64,000 bases of DNA from Octopus sinensis (GCF_006345805.1 NC_043003.1:110298001-110362000), one strand, 5' to 3'. Shown: positions 28,005 through 43,950, counted from the stretch's first letter. Numbers and translations are program-made. The notes: generated by a model from the letters alone, not told the origin.

Positions 28005-28058
<54 letters not shown>
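28005..28058. repeat. (TAT)n microsatellite
   Basis: Directly visible. Confidence 0.95.
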
Positions 28059-28059
<1 letters not shown>

Positions 28060-28705
28060 TTCATTGTTTAAAAAATCGTTTTATTTTATATGTTCTGCAT
28101 CAGTTTTGTGACAGTTCAATTTCAAAACAAGCATGACAAGTTGTTTCATTTTTATAAAATCAAAATATTTGCTTTCTATCTGAAGCTACATATATGACAA
28201 CTTCAACGTGTTTTACGGCAAGACTTTGAAACAACACAAGTTCTAATATATACTTTATTATTTCCATCTGAAGTCCATAACAAGTAATTCTAAATCATCT
28301 ACTTTTTTAACAGTTTTATCTTTAATACTGTGCAAGGTTTAATTTTTAGAGATGTTAAAATTGATATCTTATGTACAGAAATTAAATGTTATTGTATGTT
28401 CGGTAGAAATAGAAAAGCAAGAGATGTAAAAAAATAGTGTTTTTTTTTTCCATTAGTGTTAATGTACTTACGTTGATAACGGTGTTACAAATACCGTTTA
28501 GACAGTGACAATAATATTTCTATGGATACCACAAAACTATGAAAAAGCAAAATCCATTAACGTTTAATAGAGGGAAATAATATGCTGATTAGTTAATTTC
28601 TATATGAACTAGAATTCTTGGTTACATAAAGTATAAATCTTTTCATGCTCAAAATGTACGTTTTTTAAAAAATTCGAGATCAATATCTACACATTGGTAG
28701 AGGAA

Positions 28706-28713
28706 GCTATATA

Positions 28714-28765
<52 letters not shown>

Positions 28766-28780
28766 TATATATATATAATA

Positions 28781-28827
<47 letters not shown>

Positions 28828-28847
28828 TATATATATGTACATACATA

Positions 28848-28915
<68 letters not shown>

Positions 28916-28927
28916 TATATATATATA
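28706..28927. repeat. Interrupted (TA)n microsatellite
   Basis: Directly visible. Confidence 0.97.
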
Positions 28928-31634
28928 GGTATACACGTGCGCGTACGCGTGTGCGTGTGCTTGTGTGTGTTTTTGTGTTTGACAATATGTGATTCATATT
29001 TTTCAGTGAACTAAAGATTTTACAACTTCAGTTATGATTGGGTATCAAAGAATCGATGAATCCAAATATCTTTCGACCGTTTCTCTCGAAATAATTTTCC
29101 TGAGAACAACTCTGAAAGAACCGTCTTGTAAACACATTTAACTTTTTCAAATGGAATTTAATACTAATTCGACAATTTATAGATATAAAAATATCAATAA
29201 TATATTATCTAGCTTATCGATAGCCATCCATTTCTCATTTTCGGCTGTTCGTGAGACACCCGAATCTGTTCAAAACATTGAATATCAGTCTATTAGTAAC
29301 TGAAACATCTACTTGCGAAACAAAAGTCTTTTTTAATTGAGAAAAATTCTGACATATTATCAGAAATTATTTCTTCGGCGGTTGGTGTGGCATTAGTTTA
29401 GATTTCGTATTTTCGATAAAGTTTTAGTACAAGGCGAAAAAAAAAGGAAAAAATACAGGTATGTTTACCAAGCCAGTATTATATACTTAAGCTATAATAT
29501 AACATATGTAATCCTAAATCCTCATCATCATTAGATCATCAAAATCATGAAAATCGTCATCGACGTCATCATCATCACCATCGTCATCATTATCATCGTC
29601 CTTGTTCGCGTCGTTTCATGGAGCATCTTTTGTAGACAAAAATTTAATTAATTGATCTAAATAACAACAAATGTGTGTAATGTATTTATTTTGTACAACT
29701 ATTAGATTCATTTCATACATTTTTCTCAATGTTCTACTCTTCCATTGTAATGTAGTAATGAGAAGTGACATTTCTTTATCGAAATCTTAATGCAACTTTA
29801 TCTAAATGTGATATCTTCTCTTACTTTAGTGCAGCTTGCACCAGCCAACCTGCTGCAAAGAGACAGACCGGTTTGCCATTCGTAAGATTTTTGTCATTTA
29901 ACGACTCACCATAAAGAACATCAGCACTTTCAGAAAATACTGTTTTTGTTTAGCAGTTTCACATTTCAACTAGAATTTAACTAACCAAATATCAATGCCT
30001 CCACCTTCATCACAACCTTCAATAATGTTTACTACTTACATACAAAGTTAAAGTTTGAACTGCTGTGGCTTTGCCAACGGAAACACTTTTTGATACAGCT
30101 CAGTTAAAATGAAATCTTTGTTACCCGTTTTGCTTCTGATCTCACACCGAAAACGTACAGAGTTAATTTCGCAACACTCCTTCCGATTTTGCCTGTTTCA
30201 ATACAATGTATATAAACTTTCGAAATCCGAATTACTCTCCAAATTCCTACAAACCAGCACAATACTAGATCCCGCTGCATGTATACCATGTATACAGAAA
30301 AATTATGCATTAAATTATCTACACCATGATCTATTCTAATATATGGAAATACATGAAAGTCTGTCCACTTCTCCGAAACGGAAATATATCTAAAGTCTCA
30401 ATGTTCATTAAAGAAATAATAATATTTTACCTTGTTGTTAATGATATACTCGCCTTGAGATTAGAAATCAGTAGGGTGCCTCTGTGACAGCAATAGGACA
30501 CTTGTTTTCCTATGTAATGACATACTATTAAAAACTTGAACTCAATGCCTAGGGATTAATGAAACTTTCGATTGCCTGACATACGTTTCTCATCGATAAA
30601 TCGCCTTTTATAGGCTTCATGAAATCCCGTCTTTTAGATCTAAAGTTTCCTCTCACACATTTACTTATCAACGACGCTGGATTCTAATGCGTTCCTTGTC
30701 AAACAATGTCATAGTTACTCCTGTGAATCTCCTTTGTCTCTCATTCATGCACTCCTGGCTAAAGCTATGTAAATTCATAGCTAGAGCTATATAAATTCTC
30801 ACAGCACAAGCAATCACTCACATCCCAGAACTCGTTTGTTTGTGGACACAATTCATCAACTACACATCCTAACCTTATAATGTAGTTTTGCAGCCATTAC
30901 ATGAATATAGAAATTGATAATATACAGATGACACCCTAATTTCGTGACATATCAAAATATAACATTTTACCACACCCGCTTTGTATATTAAGAAATCATA
31001 GCTAAAACCTCTGTATATGCTACAGCTACAAAAGATAGGATTCCACTGTTCCAAGATACAAGGCTTACAAAATCTATTAACCTCCAGTAACAGCTACAAA
31101 TCCATATTATTTTCAGTACTGCCTCACAACAATGCACCGTAAACCTCCAAGAAGTAAACTCTATTAATGACCCTACCTGAAGCTGAAATACAATTGACGC
31201 CGTTGCCAAACTACAAAACAAAATGTCCCATCCAACCGCGTGGGAGACAGTCCTAGAAGAACCACAACTACCCCTAATTTATAGATGCACTTTTTATTTA
31301 TTTTATTTCTCGTCTAATACAAATACAATGATTCCTGCTCACTCATATTGGCAACAGTCCCCAATCACGTCTCTTGATTTTTATTATAATAAACCCAAGA
31401 AAGACTCTGCCTTGCCCAGTCTTTCAATATTTTCTTACTACGCCTCGTTTTCACAACTTAAATTTGAACACCAAATCAAATGTCCTCTTTATATAGCAGA
31501 GCCTACACACGATATGTGGGTCTCACTAGTAGTCAACAAACTAAATAGTAGAAAATACGATCTCTCTAATATAATGTTTGATAACAGTATAGAAAAAAGG
31601 TATGTATATTAAAATTTTAACTAATATTAATATA

Positions 31635-31775
31635 TAAGGTTGTCCCAAAAGTTCGTAGAAAGTCTTGGAAAATAACGGCCTTTATCTTGAGGAATAATCT
31701 TTGTTGTTTTTGTTAGTACTTGGCGAGTAAAAATTCAATTTTCGCAAGTGTTTACGAACTTTTGGGACAACCTAA
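31635..31775. mobile_element. 141-bp mariner-type MITE
   Basis: Perfect 21-bp inverted repeat AGGTTGTCCCAAAAGTTCGTA / TACGAACTTTTGGGACAACCT, mariner-like TTAGGT end, TA on both flanks. Confidence 0.9.
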
Positions 31776-32996
31776 TATATTATATCACTGAAAAGTGATT
31801 TATGATATTTTCAAACGACCAATCGAATGAGTTACTTTAAATTAGTGTTCACTTCACGAAATTAGCATTTCAACTTAACTATTTTGAACTAATTCTATTT
31901 TACTGACTCCTTAGTATTGTTTCTAAGACAACACTCAAATTTATTCATATATTACAGTGCATCAAAAATATATACTTGTAGAATAAAAACCTAAAAAACC
32001 GACGCTCATATTTCTTTCAGTAGTTTACTTTGTGGGTCTTCTATTTCTTGCTGTGGTTTGTAGGCGGTGCTGGCTAAATAAAGTAAAAAGCGAATTACAT
32101 AAGGTAAACATAGAAAAAGGAAGGCATAAACTTTCACAGATCCGAGTTCTTCATGCAGTTTCCTATTTTTGGAATAAAATATATTATCTTCAGTTTTGTG
32201 AATAATAATTCGTAAACTTACGTACGTTATGTTTCTATATTATAATATCACCTTACAATAATTTCGCCTTGTCGCTACAAAAAAGAAAAGGGAATAATTT
32301 CCTTTAATATAGAGAAACATTGCTTATTTGATAAATGTTGCAGTTCCAGTATTTGATTTGTGGTACCATAACGAGAATGCTAATTCACAAATTTGAATCT
32401 ATTGTTAACTATTATATATTACTACTACTAGTACAGCCACATAGCAATATTCTGTTGTCAATGAATTATCGATATGATCTGTCTCTTTCAAAACTTATAT
32501 TGTATTTGTTTCATATTAATGTTTCTTAAACTGAAAACGGCAAAAATTAAAACACTATGGCGCCCAACTACAAAAAGAAATATTAGCTTTCCTAAAAAAT
32601 ACTTTCGTTCATTTGACGCAATTTTTCAGGCAGAAAACACATTCGATGCTATGTTAAAAATATACTATAAAGGGATACATATATTTAATTTATCTTGAGT
32701 GCTTCAAAATTAAATATAAAAATTAATACTAAGTTATTATATAAGGAATAAATAAACACTAAAAGTGCAAAGATAAGTTAAAGATTAAGGGTTAACTAAA
32801 TATATAGAGACTATACAATGTAGTAAAAATGAATTTAATAGTACAGTCAAAACACACATCACAATTCACTATTATATAGTCATTAGTATTCATTGTCAAC
32901 TAACTGGGAGATTCGGGAATGAAATAGGGAAAAAATCGGGGCTTTAGAATCCAAATACTTGCTGTTACCTGTTTATTTCCTGTGATATATATACAA

Positions 32997-33350
<354 letters not shown>

Positions 33351-33512
33351 ATGCATTTCGACAGAATTCTTAAAAGGTCCCATATATTTAAAGAGTGTAG
33401 AGTGTCAATATTATTTCTTATGAGACATTTTGGTGAGCTATAAAATATTGTTTTGCATTTGACATAGTGAAACACGTTATTACTTGTTCCTAAAATTTGC
33501 TCCAACAAAGAT

Positions 33513-33564
<52 letters not shown>

Positions 33565-34302
33565 ACACGCAAACATATATAATGCGTAGACTACATCATT
33601 GTATATAGTCAAATTTTGCGAAAACATTTTAAATTGATGCCTTTTCGTATTTTTATACGTATATCAAACATTGACTACAATATTCTTTCAATATTCCCTT
33701 TTTACATTATGAATGTTGTACACTAAATGTTATAGTAGTGAGATATGATATTAAACAAACGGAGTTTTAATGCGAAACGTAATAATCATAATCCAAATAT
33801 ACGAAATATTTTAGCATTTTATGAAAAATATTTTTTAATAACTTCTATTTTCCTGCATTCTAAATATTAATTTCCAGCGGTTTGCATTTTTGGTTATGTA
33901 AATTTCGATGATTTTAAAAAATGCGGGAAAATTAGATTTTGCAAAATTATCAAATTCCGTTATGTTTTATTGTGTGAGATTTTTTTTCAAATAAAAATAC
34001 CTATATGCAATAATTTCATGAAATTGATCTTCCGATTGAATACTTTCAACAGTTCTTATTTCGGTAGAACATACGTAGTTGGTGTTTTATTTTTATATGG
34101 ATATATTTTATCATTAACCGCCAGTTTCAAGGGAAAAAGAAAAGCACCGTTTTATTTAGCATGCCAACTCAAGGACGCTATATTTGCTCAGCAGATTACC
34201 TGGCGATGGAAGATGAACTGAATTTGTTTTTCTGGTTTCGAATATATACATACATAGATAAATATCTATATACATAAATGATTTTATATATTAATATATA
34301 TA

Positions 34303-34349
<47 letters not shown>

Positions 34350-34426
34350 TATGTATATGTATCAATGTTTTTTACCTATAAATATGAGTGTGTGTGTATA
34401 TATGTGTTATATATACATATATGACC

Positions 34427-35616
34427 TTAAACACGCTCGATAATATCGCATGTCAATACTGGTCGGGATATGTTCATTGCTTTGGGTGAAGTGTTTGATT
34501 GGTCTAATATTGTATCGACAAATATTTCTTTTTCTTCAGGGTCTGATTCAATTTCAGTTGCAGACGTTTCCCCAACTTTGTTAGCGTACAATTTTTCAAA
34601 TGAATCCGACTTTTGTAGAAAACTTTCTTTTTCCATATCCTGTTCACTCTTTGATCCCGACGGCCATTCTGTGGATGCCAAATATGTTTCACTCTGTTCT
34701 AGCGAGATAGATTGCTCAACGTTCAAAGTGTTCCATATATGAGATTCACTTACTGCAGGTATATTGCAAGAAAGGAGGCTGCACGCTTCTATTTGTTCTC
34801 TTGTGTTTTGGTTTGTGTCTGTGTTTTCATTATCATTGGGTTCACTATTGTTGTTGTTGGCTGCTAATTCCTGATTGCTTTCTGCTCGGTTTGAGACAGT
34901 TTCACATGATGATAGACTCTTTATACTTCTAGACCTTGCTCTACTTCTGCACGTTATTCTACTATTGCTGCTATTAGTACTATTATTGCTGTTGCTTCGT
35001 CTTCTCCAAGCACTACTACTGCTACAGCTACTACTGCTGCTACTACTGTTAATATTGCTGGTTCTTTTGTTGTTATTATTATTACTGCTATCGCTGCTCT
35101 TATTATATTCATTGCTGTTGCCTGTGGAGCTACAGCTTGAGTCACTATGGCTACATCCCCAACTAGAATCGCTATTTCTATGGCGTGTAATTGTAGCAGA
35201 TGCTTCTGTTAATGGTTCTTCTTCTGGCGATGTTGCTGCTGATGATGATGACAATGTTTCTAATAAAAATGTTGCTGTACTGATCGAAGTAGTACTACTA
35301 GATATGTTAGTGTCATTCACGGTGCTGGTCGTTGTGGTCGCAGTGGGAGATATGCTTATTTGTAATGTGTCTGTGCCTATAATGTTGATGTCATTGTCTT
35401 CGATTTTAATGCAATTGTTGGTCTGAATCTCGTCATTGCTGGTGGCAGGGATGGGATGGAAGAGGGTTTCACTGCTGTTTGATGACGCGGAGAACGTGAT
35501 TCCGCCGCCGCTGAAAGTTTCATGCCAACTGCTCGGGCTTTCACTCAGTTGGTTGTCCGCCAGCTCACAATCTTCATAGTCAACCAGAGTGTCTTCGTCA
35601 CTACTGTCTTCTAGGC
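34427..35616 (-). CDS. Probable terminal coding exon (~396 codons) of an unidentified host gene; Ser/Thr/Asn-rich, acidic, probably disordered
   Basis: 1.2-kb stop-free frame in AT-rich DNA. It is preceded by a strong acceptor (TTCTCCTGTTTCCTTTTCCAG|GC, phase 1) and ends in TAA. The ORF-track ATG at 35653 lies in the intron. No domain recognised. Confidence 0.65.
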
Positions 35617-37136
35617 CTGGAAAAGGAAACAGGAGAACAAATAACTCAGACATTGCACAGTATTAATTATATTTTACATTTCAGAAGCTTAGCAATCCAC
35701 TTTCACACTTGTAAAGTACATAGTATATGCAATTTAATGAATTTGCATGCATATCTAAGTCGTATTGTTTTTACCATATCTTCACAATTATTATTTTAGA
35801 TATATATAAAATTATAAATATACTTCAAAAGCCGCCTTCCTTGAAATATACATATAAAATAACAATTAATGACTGCAGTCTTTCGCTATGAATGTTGGAT
35901 CCCCAATTTTGAATTTTAGTGCGTATATTAGGCATATTTTAAAATATGATTTCCATTATTGTTGCTTTCAGAAATGCATTAAGAATTTATTCAGTGGAAA
36001 GTATATATAAAAGTACCATATAGAACAAGGATGATAAAAATGTGTGAAAATGTTCAGCACATCAATTACGTTTAATGCCAAGAATTACGTCCAAGTTTAC
36101 CAAAATCGTATTACCGCAGTATTGCTAATTTCTGAGATGAGTCACTGTATATCTTAATAGGTAATTTCCTAGAATTTTAGAAAAATAGTTGTTCATCACC
36201 ACATTTTTAACAATTACAAACGGAATAATAAACAAGTTAGATTCCTTAATATCCAGGTTGTGCAATCAAAAGTTGGTCCGGTGTAATTCCTCAATATTTT
36301 CTTCGCTTTTACATTTTGTATTAATTTGGTTTTGCTTTTTAATAAATTTCTAAGTTGACCAAATTACTAAAAGTCCTATTTGATAAATATTCATTTTAAC
36401 ACTGTATCATTTGCATGTCTCACAAATTGGAGTGAGAATCAAATAATAGATATGGGGATATTCAGCACGTCACCTTCAGTGGAGAGCCACAGACAAAAAG
36501 AAATTTGTGACAAGTGTAGCAATGTTACGTCAAACAGTATCCCCCAACATCGCCACCACAAGTAATATCCTCATGAAGTATGTTAAAATGGCAACTGTGA
36601 AGGTGACGATGTTGCTGAAAAATTTAAAGCAATATTTAAGCATCTTAAACTAGTTGTAGAGCGGATTGTGTTTTAAGGAGTAAAATACTTAACTTTACGT
36701 TCGTTCAGTCCACTTAGCTGTGAGTTCCAGCAATAGCTGGAATTAAACCTGCATCAGTCGTAGCTGAAATTAAGCCTGTATCAGACAAGCGTTCTTCTGA
36801 GACGTGAGTTTTGTAGTCTCTGTAAATTCTCCTCCATAGAAACTGGCTTAAAATCCGGTTTTCCGACGCTTAAAGCTTATGAGATATAAGTCTAAGACAA
36901 CCACTTTGAAAACATCAACTGGGAAGGATGCATTACATTAGGGATGTATTATAATATGAAGCAAAATGGCAAGAGAATCTGACGAACATCATATTTAAAC
37001 AATCATGTGAGGTGGCACATTTTACTCCTTGGATGTAAGATAAGGTTTAACGGTAACTCACGTATTTGCTAAAGATGTAAGAATGTGTCGAAACAATTCT
37101 ATTGATTTAAAATAAATTGTATTGTTATTTTCGCTT

Positions 37137-37220
<84 letters not shown>

Positions 37221-37290
37221 CCTCCTTACCTATCTGTTTGTCTCTCTATCTCTCTAACTATTTACCTACCTACATATCTATCTATTTATT
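37137..37290. repeat. (TATC)n microsatellite
   Basis: Directly visible; no LINE sequence attached. Confidence 0.95.
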
Positions 37291-38486
37291 ACGTGTTTGT
37301 GTGTGGTTGGGTGTGAGTGTGCATATACACTGCGAAGTTACTTGCAATCACCCAGAACGACTAACTTAGCTGGTACACACTTTCTTGACATGCTTAGTAC
37401 TATATAGTGTTCTCAACGCTTACGTTCTATATAACAAAGTTAGCCGGTAGAAGTAACTGCCATCACAAGAAAGAAAAACTATACTCAGCGCACTATTTCT
37501 TCATAAATACAGTTCTAATTTTACTTTTCAACTAGAACAGCGGTACATAATTTGCTTTAGTTTCTAACAGTGTATATTAATCATTCCGCCGTTCCTGTGC
37601 TCAGATGATCTCCAGAAGAATTCTACATGTTTTCCACGTATGGCAATATTATTGCTATGTTCATTAGAAGGCTTAGGTTTATGGAAAAGTGAAATCTCTG
37701 GAACACAAATGTCTAAAGAAACTCTCTAAATGAGTAGTTTGAACAATTTACGTACATATTCAAACGCTTAGCAAAAGAGATTATTATATGCATGTATTCC
37801 TGATTATCCCGGTGATATGCTTGTTGGAAATTAATCTTTTCGAAATACACACACAGAGAAACACAGAAAATGAAAAAGATTAGAACTAAGAAATATGTTG
37901 GAATTATCTAATAGTGATTTTATAATACACAAAATGCTACACACTGCAGTGAAAATGTTTCAATGCTGAATAGGAAAGAACTGTTTCATTAACAGTCCCA
38001 AAAATAGTTTACTCAAAAGTAGACAGAGACGACAAAAGCTACCTTTGTAAAATATGTGGCTGATCTCCTTTATGTTATTGTTCTTTGAAGATAGGAATAC
38101 TACACAGTAAAGACATTTATCTGTTTATTACATCCCTTGAGAAATATAATGGCGGCTATCTAATGATTTTTCTAAATGAACGTACATACGCATATTAACA
38201 CACCACTCACATACATACACACATATATGTGTCCATACATACACACAAACGCAACACAACCACCCCAACGCAAACGCCCAACCACACACACATACACACA
38301 CAAACACTATCACAAGCAAGCACGCAACCGCACAGATTCACACACACATAGACACCAAACACAAACATGTGTGTGATTTTACGTGAAAGTGTTATTAGAT
38401 CAGTGTTCATAGGTGATTATATGTTGTTATTTCTAATGTAGCCCTTCGCTCTGAGCATCGATTCCTAAAAATAGAATAAAATTGCA

Positions 38487-38515
38487 ATCTATCTATGTAT
38501 CAATATTTCTAACTG

Positions 38516-38548
<33 letters not shown>

Positions 38549-38596
38549 ATATATATATATATATATCTATCTATCTAGCTATCTATCCATCCATCC

Positions 38597-38646
<50 letters not shown>

Positions 38647-38691
38647 ATATCTATCTATCTATATATATATATATATATCTATATATATATC

Positions 38692-38774
<83 letters not shown>

Positions 38775-38823
38775 TTATCCTTATCTATCTATCTATCTAT
38801 CTATCTACATATCTATCTATCTA
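38487..38823. repeat. (TATC)n/(TA)n tract forming the 5' flank of LINE copy 1
   Basis: Directly visible. Confidence 0.95.
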
Positions 38824-39771
38824 TGGCCTGGCGGTGCTACCGAGAAGCGCTACCCGTTCGGGATAAGCTCTATAGGCATGGCTCGAGAAACACGGGGCCG
38901 ACCTGCCCGAGATGCGGGCAGAGCGACGAAACCGCTCTGCACGCAATCGTGCAGTGTCCAGCAATTTCCCACCTGTGGGCTTATGTCGAACGACTGCTGT
39001 CACGTGTGGGACGTGTCGGTTTATCAGCCGAGTCTATCGTTAATATCGTCACGCCTCCTTCCTTCAAACGGGAAGGAAGAGCTATTTTTATCATACTTGT
39101 GGCTATGGCGAAAGAATGTATCTGGTGGACGCGTCTGAAAGGATTAGAGACAAACACTTTCCTCTCTGGTCAATCTCTCATCAACTTCTTCAAGTATCAC
39201 TTGAAGAAAAAAGTGAGAGTAGAGAGGCAAGTTTTGTCTAGTGAATGTTTTAAAAAAAGATGGGTGAATGTAGCAAGGATGGCACGTATGAATGACGAAG
39301 CCACCTTGACTATGATTCTATGAACCGTAAAAATTAATACAGAGAGTTGCTTATTTGCAAAAAAAAAAAAAAAAAAAAAGAAATATAACATGTGACTTCA
39401 TTGACCGAGGTTACCGTGGTCTTTTCCGTAGGCTTTTCTTTCCACGGGTAAACCTCACCTGTCCCCCCCTTTACACTTCATATTGACATTTCTGTGATAA
39501 CGATCCCTATTGATCAATTTTTTTCCTCTCCCCCTTTTTTTTAACCCCCCCCCTTTTTTTTTTGTCCTCTTTCTCTCCTTTTACGATCCCTTTTGATCGA
39601 CCCCCCTTCTTTATTTTATTTTTATTTTATTTTATTTTTTTTTCTTATTTTTTTTTTTTTTAATTTTTTTAATTTTTTTATTTTTTATTTTTTTTTAAAC
39701 CTTCAAAAGAAAAGCTCTACCTTGTAATTTGTTCTATCTGTGTGCAGCCCTGTGTGGGTAATAAAGAAACA
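38824..39771 (+). mobile_element. Tx1-like LINE copy 1, 5'-truncated (ORF2 C-terminal CCHC region plus full 3'UTR)
   Basis: Near-identical to 50693-51592; encodes WRCYREALPVRDKL...CPRCGQSDETALHAIVQC to a stop at 39323; ends AATAAAGAAACA then (TATC)n. Confidence 0.95.
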
Positions 39772-39906
39772 TATCTATCTATCTATCTATATATATATAT
39801 ATATATAACTACCTACCTATCTATGTATCTATCTATCTATTAATCAATCTATCTATCTATTTATCTATCTATCTATATATCAATTTATCATCTATCTATC
39901 TATCTG

Positions 39907-39934
<28 letters not shown>

Positions 39935-39938
<4 letters not shown>

Positions 39939-39993
39939 ATCAAAATAAGCAACAAGTATACCTCAGATATCCTTGTTGCTTATTTTGATTATA
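39935..39993. repeat. Perfect 22-bp inverted repeat with 15-bp spacer
   Basis: TATAATCAAAATAAGCAACAAG (39935-56) / CTTGTTGCTTATTTTGATTATA (39972-93). Confidence 0.92.
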
Positions 39994-40071
39994 ATAACCC
40001 CATTGATTTATAATGGATAATAACATACAAAATACTGGTGCCTTTGACTTTAGTACCATATTCATCTGAAT

Positions 40072-40809
<738 letters not shown>

Positions 40810-41041
40810 AAGAAAGAGAGAGAGAATGCGTGAAAGAGGTCGAACTGGAGGAGCAATTATGATTAACAAAATGACATAGTTCTTTATCCTACACGCTTCA
40901 AAGGAGAATCAACAGAAATTAAAAAAAATAACAATACGCTCGAATATCTAAAAGCAAGTGATTCAATCAGAAGCACAACGTAAACTCGTAGATAATTTTG
41001 AGAGCTGTATATTAAGTAAAAGGACAGGTTTACACACACAC

Positions 41042-41080
<39 letters not shown>

Positions 41081-43448
41081 GCAACACATGTACTTGCGAA
41101 AGCATGTACACGCGCACACCCATCAATTCTACACACACACACATACAAACACATATAAACAGACACACGCGTACAGAGTATGCTATGAGCTTCTGCACAG
41201 TTTCTGTTTAACACTTTCAATCACAAGGCGATTTATTAGAAGGCCTGATTTGCGCACTAGAACTTAATTATCGAGTTAGTGCGAATTCAAAGTCACATGA
41301 TTATGCGTATTTCAATATTATGTTTTAATTGATTTTATTCCTCTCATGCAAAGACCACGGAACTCATCTAACTATTTCATTTTTCACTTGTTGGAGGAGG
41401 TACAATAATATGTGTGGGTATAGTCAAGTTTATTGACTTCAGAATCTGTAAATATTTCTTCACATACAACAATACTAAATTGGGATACAATTTCCCAAAC
41501 TACATGCTTGCTATAACACTTCATTGACAATTCCAGCGATCACTTAGATTATAATACAGGTAAAAGTATACGATGTAAACGGAATTCAAAGAAACATATC
41601 ATATTTTGAAGCAGAATGCAAGATTTGTTCAGGAAATGCCTTTCACATATTCAATCTTATTGGACATGTTTATACTGGATATCTAACAACATTAAAGAGT
41701 ACACAATTTATAACAAGATTTGGAAAATTATTGTTCAAGTGTGGAAGCCAATATTGCTCCCTGTTCCTATATTCTGTTCTCAACTCATAAAGCATGAAAG
41801 CGAAAATGCAGGAAAAATCGTACATCTTTTAGGCCTACAGAATTAAAGATAATTCTGTTCGAAATAAGAATATCAGCGCCTTTCAAGTCAATGTTCCATC
41901 CTTACAAACAACAATTGGGGTTTCTTATATATTAGATAGTAGTGTAAGTTAAATATGATATGAACATATTTGTTTTTGGTTTACAATATTTACGAGCTTT
42001 AGTTTTGTTATGTCGAAATGAGAAATACTTCGATATTGGATTTACAAATGTTAATAAAATACACTTATTGCAGGGATATGTATTATTTTCTTGAAGAAAC
42101 AACTAAACAAACACTCAAAACGTATATTGTTAGGCGCCAAGATATCTGAGCTGAAACAGAATGAAATCTTATAATTATATAATATCTGCGGCAATTGTGA
42201 TCAAAGCCAGGATTTATGAAGGCTTGTAGATTTGTGCGTTGGCGAAAGGTAAGCCGTGAAAGGTCTTAGAAAAAATAGATTACAGTGAGTTGAATTGTTG
42301 CGAGGAATGAAAAATTCGATGATTTACCGGATTTCACCGGAAAGCAAGATTATAAAAACGGATAATAGGGGCGTACAAAGTATAAGGAATGAAAAAAAAT
42401 GTGGAGTTGTAGAATTGTTAAAAAAGAAGTTCAACAAGAAAGAGTGAGAAGCGTAGGAAAAGGATAATGAGTGAAGAAATGAATTTAGCGTGAATAAATT
42501 CTTCATGGAGTCATCCCAGTTGATATGAAAAGGGGTTAGTGATTATGAGGTCAAATGAAGCAAGTGTGGAATGAGAAGGCATTGTGAGGAGAGCAACGGA
42601 GAAAGAAGAGAAAATAAAACAGGTCTTTACAAAAGGGTATAACTACGTAGGATCATGTCAGGTCGATTGATCTCATTTAATTAAAAGTTCCCGAAATGTA
42701 GAAGTACAAGCACTTGAAGGTAAGGATGTGTGTGAGTGTGAGTGTGTGCTGTGGGGTTGAATTGAAGGAAACATCAACAACATCACAAACGTTCCAAGTT
42801 AACAGGCCTTAAAATTTAAGATATTGTAAATTGTCAAAGTAAAATGAACACTAACTGTCATTTATGCATGACTCTACTTCTGACATTGTAATATCCTCAA
42901 TCTACTTTGCTTGTAACAATTCTCCTGGCAGTATAACTATGTATTCTTCCAATGTTGATATTGTACACAGCATGTTATGTTTTTCCATATAAGTAGCTGA
43001 GAATATGCATTGCCAGTACATATACGCTTACAAGTTTATTAGATAATGTATTATATTACAGCCTGGGAGAGGATGTTAAACTGAAGGACCTTAGCAGCCC
43101 GAAGGAGACATTTGGCGCCAAAATAAATAACGAAAGTGGTCATGTCAATTTTTATCTAGTCTTCTGAGAGCGTTATAATGTCTTATATAGCAAAAGTTGT
43201 AGAAAGTGGTGATGCATGAATATTTATAAGATGTAAATAGCTCATTAAAAATGTTAGTGATCTCGAAAGATTTATTTGTGTAAAAAGAAAGGTGGCGTTA
43301 TATATATGTATTCAGTAAAGCTGTATTCAGTCATCTTGTTGGTTTTGAAATATGCCATAGTTACCGGCGAAATTGTCGGCATCTGAAAAAATTCCGTTCG
43401 ATTATTTTAGACAAGGTGTTTATACTTTTCAATATTATAGTATTTTCA

Positions 43449-43643
43449 AAGGAATCAACAGAAAATTTAGGTTGCCGGGTAAAATGCTGCATTTCGTCTG
43501 TAATGAGTTCAAATTCTGCCGGGGTCAACTTTGCCTTTCATCCATTTGGTGTTGATAAAATAAATGCCTATTGAACACTGGAGTCGATATAATTGACGTA
43601 ACCCCTCCCCTGAAATTGCTGGCCTTTTGGCAAAATATTAAAC
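43449..43643 (+). mobile_element. Degenerate SINE, family B head/body with a different 3' tail, followed by (CAT)n
   Basis: GAGTTCAAATTCTGCCGGGGTCAACTTTGCCTTTCATCC...CACTGGAGTCGATATAATTGAC matches family B, then diverges to CCCCTCCCCTGAAATTGCTGGCC. Confidence 0.7.
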
Positions 43644-43819
43644 CATCATCATCATCATCACCATCCTGTTCCTCCTCCCCCCCTCGTCCTCCTCATCATC
43701 ATCTTCATCATCATCATCATCATCATTATTACTCTTATAATAATAAATTATTATTCAGTAGTTCTAGTTTTATAGCATGCTTTCACTTTAGTACCGAGCG
43801 CAGCTCTGTTTGTCTTGAG

Positions 43820-43875
43820 TATTATTATTATTATTATTATTATTAATAATAATAATAATGATATTAATAATAATG

Positions 43876-43936
<61 letters not shown>

Positions 43937-43950
43937 TAATAATAATATTA
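43820..43950. repeat. (ATT)n/(AAT)n microsatellite
   Basis: Directly visible. Confidence 0.95.

Noticed and set aside
34875-35426. 183-aa poly-Leu/Val ORF on the plus strand
   Set aside because: Antisense shadow of the Ser/Asn-rich minus-strand exon.
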